A stretch of 64,000 bases of DNA from Candidatus Hadarchaeota archaeon (GCA_964621445.1 CAZUNO010000002.1:64001-128000), one strand, 5' to 3'. Positions 37,028 to 46,645 are shown, numbered from the stretch's first letter. Program-made: numbers and translations. Notes: generated by a model not told the origin, from the sequence alone.

Positions 37028-38119
37028 GTGCAAAACATGTCACTCATGATCGTCGTCGGGACTAGGCCCGAAATCATCAAAATGGCCCCCGTCATCATTG
37101 AAGCGAGGAACAGAGATCTTGATTTTGATCTGGTACACACCGATCAGCATTATGACCAGAATCTATCCGGCAGTTTTTTCGACCAGCTTGAATTACCTTC
37201 GCCGGATTATCACCTCAACGTTAAGTCCGGAAGCCAGGCCGAGCAAACGGCCAGGATTTTGCTCTCCCTGGAGCCGGTAATCGATGAAAGAGGACCTGAT
37301 GTAGTACTTGCTCAAGGGGATACAAACACGGTTCTCGGAACCGGAATCACGGCCGTTAAATTGGGAACTGACATAGGCCATGTGGAGGCCGGGTTAAGAA
37401 GCAGGGATCTTCGCATGCCAGAGGAACACAACCGACGGATAGTGGACCACATATCCCAATATCTCTTCGCCCCTACCCAAAAAAGCGCTGCCAATTTACA
37501 AAACGAGAACGTCTGGGGACAGATCGAGGTTACCGGTAATACGGTAATAGATGCATTGGACCTCTTCATTGAAAGGGCACTTGATCAATCCAGCTTCCTG
37601 GACCAAGTTCCCTTTAATCATTATGCCCTGGTCACCATCCATAGGGCTGAAAATGTTGATGATCCCGAAACCCTGCGAAAGGTCGTAGAAATTCTGGAGG
37701 ACATAATCGAGATCCCGGTCCTTTTTCCCATTCACCCTAGGACGGTATCCCGTCTCCAATCAATGAATCTATATGATCGGGTCTCTGAGAACGATAGGAT
37801 CATGCTCACTAACCCCATCCCCTACTTTGACTTTCTGACCGCCATGCAGGGATCTGATTTCATTGTGACCGATTCAGGAGGAGTTCAGGAGGAGGCCACC
37901 CATCCCAAGATACGGAAACCAGTTATCGTCACCCGCTTGTCGACCGAGCGGCCGGAGGCCATTGCTGCCGGATTTGCTGTTGTGGTGGGTTTCCATCTGG
38001 ATGAGATATCCAGAGCTATCTCCGAAATAGACGCCGAGGGACTTCCGCATAAATCCCCCTTTGGAAACGGTGATGCCTCCAAGAAGATCCTGAATGTGAT
38101 CCAAAACCGGCTATCATAG
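37028..38119 (+). CDS. wecB: UDP-N-acetylglucosamine 2-epimerase (non-hydrolysing)
   Basis: GTRPEIIK, HTDQHYD, QGDTNT, HVEAGLRS, PEEHNR, TDSGGVQEE. Confidence 0.95.
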   Translation: MQNMSLMIVVGTRPEIIKMAPVIIEARNRDLDFDLVHTDQHYDQNLSGSFFDQLELPSPDYHLNVKSGSQAEQTARILLSLEPVIDERGPDVVLAQGDTNTVLGTGITAVKLGTDIGHVEAGLRSRDLRMPEEHNRRIVDHISQYLFAPTQKSAANLQNENVWGQIEVTGNTVIDALDLFIERALDQSSFLDQVPFNHYALVTIHRAENVDDPETLRKVVEILEDIIEIPVLFPIHPRTVSRLQSMNLYDRVSENDRIMLTNPIPYFDFLTAMQGSDFIVTDSGGVQEEATHPKIRKPVIVTRLSTERPEAIAAGFAVVVGFHLDEISRAISEIDAEGLPHKSPFGNGDASKKILNVIQNRLS

Positions 38120-38248
38120 CCCGAGTCTCCCCAATAAGAAGCTTCTGACCGCAAAAGATTTTAATCTCTTAATGCGTTTCCAACCATGCCTGTAAGTCCT
38201 AGACTTTATGTTTCGCTCTAGAATGTCGGCCCGAAGGAGAATGATAAT

Positions 38249-38980
38249 ATGGGATTCTTTGATGCATTCAAATCGCCTGAGACCTTGGAGAAGGAAGGCA
38301 AGCTGAAAGAAGCGGCTCACAAGTATTGGAAAAAGAAAAAGTACGAGGGGGCTGCCAGATGTTACGAGAATTTAGGCTGGTATGATTCTGCAGCGTGGGC
38401 CTGGGAGGAACTTGAGGCCTGGGAAAAGGTAGCAGAGAACAAGGAAAAGGCAGCTGAAGAGGACAGCATGTACTGGAAAGATGCCGCGGAAGCCTGGGAG
38501 AAAGCCGAAAAATTCGGACAGGCCGCGAAGTGCTATGAGAAATATGCGGAGGAAGAACCCTGGTACTGGGAAAATGCTGCCGAGAGCTGGAAAAAGGCGG
38601 ATGAAAAGGACAAAAGCAAGGAGGCCTGGCTCGAATCCGCCAAATATTACGCTAAGGAAGCCGTCGAGGACGAAGGTATATGGTGGGAGGATGCTGCCAA
38701 GGGATTTGAAAAGGCTGGAGAGAAAGAGAAAGCAATAAAGTGCATGAAATATTACCTGAAGTACTGCCTTGAGCAGGCCGAAAAGGAGAAATGGTATTAC
38801 AAGGAAATTGCTGAGGTTCTTGAGAAATTCGGGCAGGAGGAAAAAGCGGCTCAATACATGAAAAAATACGAGGAATACGAAAAGGAACGTAAGGAGAGAG
38901 CCCTTAAGAGACTTGAAGAGGAGAAGAAGGCCCGTCAGGAAAAAGCCGAACAGACTGCAGACGTAACACCAACCGATTAA
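38249..38980 (+). CDS. Trp/Glu/Lys-rich helical-repeat (TPR/SNAP-like) protein
   Basis: Repeated W.(D/N)AA..(W/F)(E/K)KA...(K/Q)A..(Y/W) units. Confidence 0.7.
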   Translation: MGFFDAFKSPETLEKEGKLKEAAHKYWKKKKYEGAARCYENLGWYDSAAWAWEELEAWEKVAENKEKAAEEDSMYWKDAAEAWEKAEKFGQAAKCYEKYAEEEPWYWENAAESWKKADEKDKSKEAWLESAKYYAKEAVEDEGIWWEDAAKGFEKAGEKEKAIKCMKYYLKYCLEQAEKEKWYYKEIAEVLEKFGQEEKAAQYMKKYEEYEKERKERALKRLEEEKKARQEKAEQTADVTPTD

Positions 38981-39053
38981 TGGTTATTTTATTTTCGCTC
39001 CTGGATGGGATATTGTATAGTATGCTTTCACCCCATCTAGTATTCGATTTAAG

Positions 39054-39572
39054 ATGTCTCTTCATGATCCCGATGCATTTGAATTGGAGCAAGCGTTCCG
39101 AACCTTTCGAGGGGGAGAACAAACTTTACCCGAAATTTGCAATGATTTGGGAATAAGGCCTGGACCGGTATACGACTACTACGTTGAGGACCTGAAGGAG
39201 AATCGAGAGGTTCCCGAATCCAATAGAGTTCGTGTTAACGTCGACCAACACGCGGGCTTTGACCGGGTATACAATGATCTGCCCATAATGGTTAACCAGA
39301 TATCGGGAAAGTATCCTAAATACTCCCTATACGAGCTGGCTGATTACGAGCCTTTACCGGATACTGAATGGGTGATATTTTTCATTCCCAACCTGGGCTT
39401 CATCAAGCTGTATACTTCCCTTTTCTATGATCTCGGGTGCTATCTGGAGGCCCTCATACCCGACTCCTCTCGTAAACGAGAGGCCGAACGTTTAGTCGAA
39501 AAGATGCGCATCGAACTGAACAGGTTTTATCGAGAAAAATCGGAGAGGGAAACTAGCCTTTCCCATGGATAG
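39054..39572 (+). CDS. Hypothetical protein
   Basis: 172-aa ORF filling the gap before the tRNA; no recognised motif. Confidence 0.55.
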   Translation: MSLHDPDAFELEQAFRTFRGGEQTLPEICNDLGIRPGPVYDYYVEDLKENREVPESNRVRVNVDQHAGFDRVYNDLPIMVNQISGKYPKYSLYELADYEPLPDTEWVIFFIPNLGFIKLYTSLFYDLGCYLEALIPDSSRKREAERLVEKMRIELNRFYREKSERETSLSHG

Positions 39573-39573
39573 G

Positions 39574-39685
39574 TGGGGCCGCCCGGATTTCCATGGCCAG
39601 TGGCCAATTTGAACCGGAGTCACGAGGACCCGAACCTCGGAGGATATCCTCCTTGTGGATATGGACCAGGCTACCCTACGGCCCC
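39574..39685 (-). tRNA. tRNA-Pro(CGG) with two non-canonical introns (17 nt at 22/23; 20 nt at 59/60)
   Basis: Removing 39644-39660 and 39588-39607 gives a 75-nt cloverleaf: GGGGCCG/CGGCCCC acceptor, CGAGG-TTCGGGT-CCTCG anticodon arm, TCCGG-TTCAAAT-CCGGG T arm; both junctions fold as BHB or BHB-like motifs. Confidence 0.93.
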
Positions 39686-39730
39686 TTCTTGGGAGGGATA
39701 AACGCTCCGGGTAAAAATCTTTTCCGGGAA

Positions 39731-40609
39731 CTATCTATACATGTTAGTTTCGGATAGGCCCCCCTCGCCCTTTTCTCCACCTCGTTGGGCGAATCTCTTG
39801 GCCAGGGCCTGCAGGGTTCGCTGCTTTATCTCCTGCTGATCCCTTTGCTGACTGGTCTCCCTATCAAGATCCTCATCGATCTTCTCAAAATCGAGATCCA
39901 AATCGGCCAAACTGGATATCTTTGTCAAGACCTGGCGAATTGCATCGCCATCCATAGTTGTCCCCTGCCCTGACATGATCGCCGTTCCCAGGAAGAAAAC
40001 CGAGGGTATACCCCTCCTCATCGCCAACATGGGTAGTGCAGCCTGGAAACCCTGTCCTGCATTTAGGACCTTGGTTATCCCCTCTGCGTCCTGAATATCA
40101 TCGATCTTCGCGATTTCATGCTTTTTCATAAAATCATCGGCGTCGGACCCGTTTGGCCTGCCCACTATTCCCGGCATCTCCTCCTTATCTGCGACTCCAA
40201 AACCTCCAACAGACAGCATCAGGGAATCATCGCTAACCGCGTCGATTACCTCGAATATGGCCTCGCTGGCGAAATGGGATTCCCAGGAAGCCGGCTGCCG
40301 AGGACCAAATGCTAGAAGAACCGGGACATCTCCCTTGTCAGTGAAGTTAAGCTTAACTCCAGGACTATCGAAATATCCGGTTTCCTCGCTCACTATGGGA
40401 TCGGAAAGCATGCTCAATGAGCTTATTTCTCCCAGGTACTTGAAGTCCAAATCCTGTTTCTGAAGATAAAATCCCGTCATAAAGGCTACTAGTCCAATTC
40501 CTGTGCCCGTGCAGACCACCGCCAACAGGTCATCAACCTTGGGTAGTTCGTCCTCTATATCGGCGATGGCGTATTGAACCTGTTGCCCATAGGGGGTTTG
40601 TTCGGTCAT
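39731..40609 (-). CDS. PAC2-family proteasome assembly chaperone/activator (PbaA/PbaB-like)
   Basis: G.GIGLVA..G.YL, G..QP, LSVGGF, LDLDF...L; C-terminal HbYX motif (MYR). Confidence 0.72.
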   Translation of the reverse strand: MTEQTPYGQQVQYAIADIEDELPKVDDLLAVVCTGTGIGLVAFMTGFYLQKQDLDFKYLGEISSLSMLSDPIVSEETGYFDSPGVKLNFTDKGDVPVLLAFGPRQPASWESHFASEAIFEVIDAVSDDSLMLSVGGFGVADKEEMPGIVGRPNGSDADDFMKKHEIAKIDDIQDAEGITKVLNAGQGFQAALPMLAMRRGIPSVFFLGTAIMSGQGTTMDGDAIRQVLTKISSLADLDLDFEKIDEDLDRETSQQRDQQEIKQRTLQALAKRFAQRGGEKGEGGLSETNMYR

Positions 40610-40745
40610 TACCTGATCTCCGCCAATTATTAGGTCATTGACAATGCCTCAAATATATTACTCGAGCGGTTCGTCAACGCCTGCCCGAGTGAAGGGTCTT
40701 CGGTAACATATTATAAACTCTCCAAAACCTCCGAAATGGGATAAC

Positions 40746-41561
40746 ATGGAGCTTTTGAAGAAGAGCGAGGAGAAGATCGGCTATCGATCAATCGTGGATG
40801 ACCCGGAGCTCTGTAACTTCATTAAGTTTGGGCTGGTCACTCTGCCTAAGGGGAGAAGCTATGAGGCCGAAACCGCTGGAGATGAAACCTGCCTAGTTAT
40901 TCTGGCCGGTAAATGTACTGTTTCGGCCGGAGAGGAAAAATGGGATAATATCGGGTCCAGGAGCAATGTCTTCGAGGGAAATCCCTATTCCGTCTATCTT
41001 CCTAAGGACTATTCCTTCGAGGTAGTTGCCTCCACCGATTGTAGCATTGCCATCTGCCGCTCTCCAGCGAAAACCAAGAGAGTTCCGCGCCTCATCCCTC
41101 CCGAAGATGTCAAATGCCGGATGTCTGGAAAATGGAACTGGAGCCGAAAGGTATGCGACATCATGGGAAATGACTCCGATATTCCGGAGAACCTGATAAT
41201 TGGCGAGACCTTCAACCCGCCTGGTAACTGGTCCAGTGCCCCTCCTCACAAACACGATGTCGATAATCTACCCGAGGAATCCAAGCTGGAGGAGGTATAT
41301 TTCTACAAACTTCAGCCAAGGCAAGGTTTCGGGGTGCAAAGGGTATACACCGAGGAGGGGGACATCGACGAGGCATATGTCATTGAGGATGGAGACGCAG
41401 TCGCCATTCCCAAGGGCTATCACCCGGTCGTGGCCGGCCCTGGCTATCAACTCTACTATCTGTGGGTCCTGGCCGGTGAGACGAGAATGATGGCGCCCAA
41501 TGACGATCCAGAACACGCCTGGCTCAAGAACTGCGAGCCAATAATCTCTCAGATTAGATAG
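40746..41561 (+). CDS. iolB: 5-deoxy-glucuronate isomerase
   Basis: GNWSSAPPHKHD, LEEVYFY, IPKGYHPV, YYLWVLAG. Confidence 0.92.
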   Translation: MELLKKSEEKIGYRSIVDDPELCNFIKFGLVTLPKGRSYEAETAGDETCLVILAGKCTVSAGEEKWDNIGSRSNVFEGNPYSVYLPKDYSFEVVASTDCSIAICRSPAKTKRVPRLIPPEDVKCRMSGKWNWSRKVCDIMGNDSDIPENLIIGETFNPPGNWSSAPPHKHDVDNLPEESKLEEVYFYKLQPRQGFGVQRVYTEEGDIDEAYVIEDGDAVAIPKGYHPVVAGPGYQLYYLWVLAGETRMMAPNDDPEHAWLKNCEPIISQIR

Positions 41562-41578
41562 AAAACCTGGGTAGCGGA

Positions 41579-42673
41579 CTAGTTCCCGGTACCCATTGCC
41601 CGGGTTACTTCCTCAAAGGCATCCATAGTTCGGTTCACGTCCTCTAAGGTCGTCGAGCCCAAGTGCGCTATGCGAATTATATTTTCCTTGTAATCCTCGT
41701 GTCCAGTAGCAACTATGATGTCGTGTTCCCGGTCCATTCTGGACTGGATCTCGGTAGCCGACATCGATCTGGGCATCTTAATTGCAGTAAGGGTCCTTGA
41801 ATAGTTCTTTTCAAGAGGGGGAAAGAGCTCGAAGCCAAGTTCCGTTACCCGTCTCCGGGCTAGCTGTGCCATATTCCTATGCCGCTCAAATCTGGCTTGG
41901 ACTCCCTCCTCCATAATCTCGTCGAGGGCCGCCCGCAAGGCAAAGAGAAGCGACTCGCTCTGGGTGAAAGGTGTCTGTCCCTTGCTTCTTCTATCTCTCG
42001 ATCGGTACCTTCGGAGATCAAGATAGTACGACCTTGGACTCGTATCCTCCATAAGGCCCCAGGCCTTCTCACTGACGGAAATCATTGATAGCCCTGGTGG
42101 ACAACCAAAGGCCTTCTGAGTTCCCGCCACACACATATCGACCTTCCACTCATCCACTGGAATATCATCCCCTCCCATGGAGGAAACGGCATCCACGATT
42201 AGAAGGCCATCCTTATCCGACAGGAAATCACCAATTCTTGAAAGGTCAACACGTACCCCGGAAGACGTCTCATTTTGAACAACGGCCACGGCCTTAACTT
42301 CTCCGCTGTACAATGATTTGATCTGGGGCAATATCGGTGCTTGTCCCCAGGGCAATTGAATATCCAAGGGCTGGCCGCCATAACTCTGTATTATCTGCCT
42401 AAACCTAGCGCTGAACTTTCCATAAACGGGGACTATAACCTTGTCACCGGGAGATATCCAAGAGGATATGGCTGCATCCATTCCAGAGGTCGAGGACCCT
42501 GAAATGATGTGAATTTCATTCTCTGTTTGGTATACCTTCTTCAAATCCTCTCGGATTTCGTAGACATAATCCCCAAAAGCCTCGGTCCTGTGAGCACACA
42601 TCTGGGATGATAGAGCCTCCAATACCATTTTGGAAAGCATGGTTGGGCCGGGGATCATCAGAAGCTTTTTCAT
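41579..42673 (-). CDS. Class V PLP aminotransferase (serine-pyruvate/alanine-glyoxylate family)
   Basis: LMIPGPT, NETSSG, VDAVSS, GTQKAFGCPPG. Confidence 0.9.
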   Translation of the reverse strand: MKKLLMIPGPTMLSKMVLEALSSQMCAHRTEAFGDYVYEIREDLKKVYQTENEIHIISGSSTSGMDAAISSWISPGDKVIVPVYGKFSARFRQIIQSYGGQPLDIQLPWGQAPILPQIKSLYSGEVKAVAVVQNETSSGVRVDLSRIGDFLSDKDGLLIVDAVSSMGGDDIPVDEWKVDMCVAGTQKAFGCPPGLSMISVSEKAWGLMEDTSPRSYYLDLRRYRSRDRRSKGQTPFTQSESLLFALRAALDEIMEEGVQARFERHRNMAQLARRRVTELGFELFPPLEKNYSRTLTAIKMPRSMSATEIQSRMDREHDIIVATGHEDYKENIIRIAHLGSTTLEDVNRTMDAFEEVTRAMGTGN

Positions 42674-42730
42674 ACCTTATCTCCAATTTCGGGGAGAGAG
42701 TTCTTTTAAATATTCGCGCCTTCACTCTTA

Positions 42731-43429
42731 GTGGAGGAGTTCATTTTGAAAACCGGTTTTGCATTCAAATCCTCGATAATTCTCCTCGCTCTGTACATAG
42801 TATTTGGACTCCTTCAAGCGCCCTCATATCTAAAGGTGGACCCTCAGGCATCCCTCAGCGAATCCCTGGCCTCGGTTTTCATATTTTCTGGAATTCTATT
42901 ACCCTGTGCATACTGGGGGGCAAGAATTGAGCCCGAAGGCCTGCCAATTCTTGCCAATTTTCTCGAACAACGCAAAACAGGTATGAAACCGGTTGTGAAG
43001 ACCATCTTGTTTGGACTTGGGTTTGCTGTACTGGCCTTTGCAGCAAACGTCATCATAACCTTCCTATTTCAGGAGTTTTGGTTAGCACCAACTACGCAGG
43101 ATTATGTGTTAAAATTTTCTCTTCTGGACAAGTTGACTACGTCCATCTCCTCGGGAATTTGGGAGGAAACTATCTTCAGGCTGTTTTTAATTGGAGCTCT
43201 TTCCTCCCTCTTCCGAACCAGGATAGGAGGGGTTTTGGTGGCCAATGGGATTTTCACCTACATGCATGTGATCTTCCAGGATCCTCCCTATAACCTTCCT
43301 GCTCTCATAATAGTGTTCATTATCGGTTTGGTATATTCAAGATGTTTTCTGGAAAGGGGCCTCGGTTCTGCCATAACCTGCCATGCGGGAATGAACCTGT
43401 TATCCATGCTACTAGCCCCGGCAATATAG
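42731..43429 (+). CDS. CPBP (CAAX/Abi) intramembrane metalloprotease
   Basis: WEETIFR, F.YMH, H.GMN. Confidence 0.85.
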   Translation: MEEFILKTGFAFKSSIILLALYIVFGLLQAPSYLKVDPQASLSESLASVFIFSGILLPCAYWGARIEPEGLPILANFLEQRKTGMKPVVKTILFGLGFAVLAFAANVIITFLFQEFWLAPTTQDYVLKFSLLDKLTTSISSGIWEETIFRLFLIGALSSLFRTRIGGVLVANGIFTYMHVIFQDPPYNLPALIIVFIIGLVYSRCFLERGLGSAITCHAGMNLLSMLLAPAI

Positions 43430-43437
43430 AGGCCCCT

Positions 43438-44253
43438 TTAGGAAATCAGCACCAGGGCATCAAAAAGGGCTGACCCCACGGAATGGGTAATCCAGCTGGG
43501 AATGATTGATTTGCTTCTATAGTTGGCCCATCCAAATATTATGCCGGCCACCAAAGCGTAAGGAACCTCGATCGACGGCTTCCCCAGATGTAGGTAGGCA
43601 TAGGGAATGCTCTGAAATACTATTGCTCCCCACTTAGATTTCTTAGCGAATGTGAAGAGAACTAATCCCCGGAAGAAGAACTCACCCGCGAGCATTATTC
43701 CGGTAAAGATCAATTCGTAATATACGAAGTCACCAACGGTGACCGTGCCTCCATTATCCCAAATTGGATAGTATCCCCTCATCCCAGGTACGAACAGGCC
43801 AACTAGGGAAGCCAACAGGGCTAGAGTCAGGAGAAGGGCGGTGGTCCGAGCTGTTTTCCTACCGATTCCCAGTGAAAGCCCAATGGCCCTGAAATATATA
43901 CCCCCCTTGGCCAGCCAGAATAGACAAAGAGGTACTGCAAGGTAGATAAGGAGGTCCTCTAGCATCCGAGATTCGAGAGTTCTGAAGAACATGAGCTGAT
44001 CGGACATGGGAACTGCGAATACAAGGCCAGCCACCAGTATCTCCTCGGAACTCCACCTACAATACAGACCCACACCCAGGGATAACAATAGCCCGGGAAG
44101 TAAAACGTAGCTTTTATGATTCGGACCCGGGAAGCTGGCTAGTTTAAGGTATAGTAAGCAGAAAACCGCAAAACCGGAAATAATAGCTATCCTTCGAAAT
44201 GTAACCACGGTTAACCTAATAGGGGGTCTCGGATATTTGTGTTCCTTTGTCAA
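43438..44253 (-). CDS. CPBP (CAAX/Abi) intramembrane metalloprotease
   Basis: GEFFFRG, YAYLHLGKP..E, SWITH. Confidence 0.85.
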   Translation of the reverse strand: MTKEHKYPRPPIRLTVVTFRRIAIISGFAVFCLLYLKLASFPGPNHKSYVLLPGLLLSLGVGLYCRWSSEEILVAGLVFAVPMSDQLMFFRTLESRMLEDLLIYLAVPLCLFWLAKGGIYFRAIGLSLGIGRKTARTTALLLTLALLASLVGLFVPGMRGYYPIWDNGGTVTVGDFVYYELIFTGIMLAGEFFFRGLVLFTFAKKSKWGAIVFQSIPYAYLHLGKPSIEVPYALVAGIIFGWANYRSKSIIPSWITHSVGSALFDALVLIS

Positions 44254-44256
44254 ACT

Positions 44257-44607
44257 CTAAGGCCCTACCGGCGTGCCGCAATATGGACAGAATTCTGCGT
44301 TTTCGGGCAACTCCTCGCCACAGGTATCGCAACGGCTCTTGGCATGCTTGGTCATCCGGTATATCTGGAAATAAAAGAAGAGAAAGCCCGATATGGCGGC
44401 TGCCACAAGTCCAAACACCAGCGAGAGAAATACTAGTCCCACCGTGACTATTATACCCGGTTCTATGGCAACGTATAGGAAATATCCAAGCAAAAAGGCG
44501 GACAGACCACCCACTACCAAACCTGCTATCAAAGGTCTAAAGTAATGTCTACTCATTATATAATGGCGAAGGTACCTTCCCAGTCGCACTCTGATCAATC
44601 CGACCAA
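44257..44607 (-). CDS. Two-TM membrane protein with C-terminal zinc ribbon
   Basis: CDTCG...AEFCPYCG; start uncertain. Confidence 0.7.
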   Translation of the reverse strand: MVGLIRVRLGRYLRHYIMSRHYFRPLIAGLVVGGLSAFLLGYFLYVAIEPGIIVTVGLVFLSLVFGLVAAAISGFLFFYFQIYRMTKHAKSRCDTCGEELPENAEFCPYCGTPVGP

Positions 44608-44649
44608 ACCTTCTAAACTGGTACGATTTGTGGGCCCCTATTACTGTTT

Positions 44650-44946
44650 CTAGGATTCCTCTTCCGGAGATGGGAAGTTCTTCTCCAGGACGTGCCTGGG
44701 TTCAATGTCCTCCAACTGGTTCCTGTCCTGGTATATCTTGGCGAAACCTCTGTCTCTCCCCCAACCGTATTCCGTCTCAATCCCGTCAACAATCGTCATC
44801 TCATCCTTGGAATTTAGCTCCGCTCGTAGCAGGCCCCTAACGTCCTCAAGGGACGGAGTAGCCTCTCCGTCATGGAGAACCTCAAACTCTATTTCCTCCC
44901 TTTCCAGGAGCTTGTTCTCCGTTCTGTTCTTTATTTCAATTTCCAT
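44650..44946 (-). CDS. rps24e: 30S ribosomal protein S24e
   Basis: N.LLEREEI, H.GEATPS, GFAKIY; synteny. Confidence 0.93.
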   Translation of the reverse strand: MEIEIKNRTENKLLEREEIEFEVLHDGEATPSLEDVRGLLRAELNSKDEMTIVDGIETEYGWGRDRGFAKIYQDRNQLEDIEPRHVLEKNFPSPEEES

Positions 44947-45466
44947 CTGTCGACACCCTCGTCCTTTCCAGAATGGATTTGACGGCCTTCTTTGATCTGG
45001 AATCTACATCAACTACGACTATCCCGTGGCCAGGTTGACCATATAAAACAAGGGAACCGAGCGGAGCCTTGTCAATTGCGGGAAGTCCTAGCAGGTCCTC
45101 CTCGCCCAGAACCTCAACCGCAAACTGCCCTGAAAGGCTTATTAATCTTTTCAGCACTTCACAGGCTTCCTCGGTAAGGGTACCCGAGGGGTTAACCGTC
45201 CTTCTAATCTCGTATCCCTCCAGAAGATGACGCGGAAAAAGTTCCCTCTTCCTCATGGACATATCATCAAAGACCACAATTTCAGGTCTGAACTCATTTT
45301 CCAGCAGAGTCCTGGAAACCACATCGCCCACGGAAAGGACCATTCCACAAAACCCCTTAACCCTACCCAAGGCCGTGGCCTCTCCCACAACCTGGCCCAG
45401 AGGTTTCGATAACTCCTCTCTGATCTCCGGGTCCTCGAAAATATACTTTACCGCCAAAGGATTCAC
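44936..45466 (-). CDS. GTP-dependent dephospho-CoA kinase (DUF359)
   Basis: VGDVV, NPSGTLT, GEEDLL, LYGQP..G. Confidence 0.9.
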   Translation of the reverse strand: MNPLAVKYIFEDPEIREELSKPLGQVVGEATALGRVKGFCGMVLSVGDVVSRTLLENEFRPEIVVFDDMSMRKRELFPRHLLEGYEIRRTVNPSGTLTEEACEVLKRLISLSGQFAVEVLGEEDLLGLPAIDKAPLGSLVLYGQPGHGIVVVDVDSRSKKAVKSILERTRVSTDGN

Positions 45467-45655
45467 TCATGAAACGCTTAGAGCGTACTTGCCTTTCTTG
45501 GTTATATTTAGTTTTTCCGCGATTTCCGATTTTTTAGGATCAATTACCACTAGTAGGCCATTCCATCGCGTTGAAAAGGACTCCCCTTTACAGATGGGGC
45601 ACACCCTGCCTTTGGTAACGATATGATGGCAGTCTTGGCATGCTTTGCCCCGCAT
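45467..45655 (-). CDS. spt4: Transcription elongation factor Spt4 (RpoE'')
   Basis: KACQDC...CPIC, W.G..V.IDP..SEIA..L.I...GKYA. Confidence 0.93.
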   Translation of the reverse strand: MRGKACQDCHHIVTKGRVCPICKGESFSTRWNGLLVVIDPKKSEIAEKLNITKKGKYALSVS

Positions 45656-46209
45656 CAGGCCACCTCCCTTTTGTCCTCTTCAATCCACTCCATCTTGCCT
45701 AGCCCGGGTTGCCTCATTGTGAGGGCTATCTTTCCACTAATGGTTGGCCCGCCCTTTATGCTCACGGCCACGATTCTTGCTCTAACCAAATCCCCTTCCC
45801 TGAGCACCCGGTTGCTTTCCTTGCCTATGAATCTAGCGTTCTTCTTATCGTGGATGATAAAATCGTCGGTGATCTGGGAGACGTGGACAAGTCCGTCAAG
45901 CGGACCCAGCCTCACGAAGGCCCCGAAATCTACGAGCTCCACCACTCTTCCCATGGTAAGCTCCTGAAGCTCCGGTATGTAGGTTAAAACCTCGAAAGTG
46001 GTGTCATGATAAGTGGCTCCGTCACCGGGAGTTATTATCCCCTTGCCGACCTCTATTACCTCCATCACACAGATTATGAGGCCAAGGTCCTTATCCAGTA
46101 TGCCTTCATAATCCTCTCTGAGCAGTTTGGCTACCACCTCTTTCTTCTCCTTACCAAAAAGGCTTGGTGGTACGCGAACTGTATCTTTCAATCTCACGAC
46201 TTTATACAT
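45655..46209 (-). CDS. rpoE1: DNA-directed RNA polymerase subunit Rpo7 (E')
   Basis: DTVRVPP, GDGATY, FGAFV.LGPLDGLVHVSQI, TMRQPGLGK.EW. Confidence 0.96.
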   Translation of the reverse strand: MYKVVRLKDTVRVPPSLFGKEKKEVVAKLLREDYEGILDKDLGLIICVMEVIEVGKGIITPGDGATYHDTTFEVLTYIPELQELTMGRVVELVDFGAFVRLGPLDGLVHVSQITDDFIIHDKKNARFIGKESNRVLREGDLVRARIVAVSIKGGPTISGKIALTMRQPGLGKMEWIEEDKREVA

Positions 46210-46247
46210 GACTTCACCTACTGATCAACGTAATTAAATTTAGAAAT

Positions 46248-46645
46248 TCACAAGAAGTCGAGGCGTGAATTACTCCTAACCCCGACTACCTTCACCCCAC
46301 CGGCTTTTAATATGTTTTTCAGGGCCCTGTCATTTGTACACACTATAACCTTCCCTTCCAGGGAGTCAACTAGTTTTAGGATGGCTTTATCCGCGTATTC
46401 CCCACCCGTTTCCATCGTATCCAGATCCGAAATGAGATTTAGGCCCAATCGGGCAGCTGCGGCCGGCTTTCCCTTACCTTTGGATATCTCCTTAAGCTCC
46501 TCATGGACCTGAATTGGTAGTACCACTCGGTATGAACGAGAGAGAAGCCTGTCGAGTTCCTCAAAAATCTGAAATGAGGCCCCGTAAGCACTCATAAAAA
46601 ATTGGTATCCAGCACCACGATTATTTCCTTACTGGACCGTTCCAT
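46248..46645 (-). CDS. PIN-domain nuclease (Fcf1/Utp24-like); frameshifted in a T6 run at 46596-46601
   Basis: MERSSKEIIVVLDTNF (from ATG 46645) is out of frame with MSAY...V.EEL...AD...CTND..L; conserved position between aIF2gamma and rpo7. Confidence 0.82.

Noticed and set aside
38249-39685. Integrated element at the tRNA-Pro 3' end
   Set aside because: Two hypothetical genes lie downstream of the tRNA, but I found no integrase and no duplicated tRNA 3' end.
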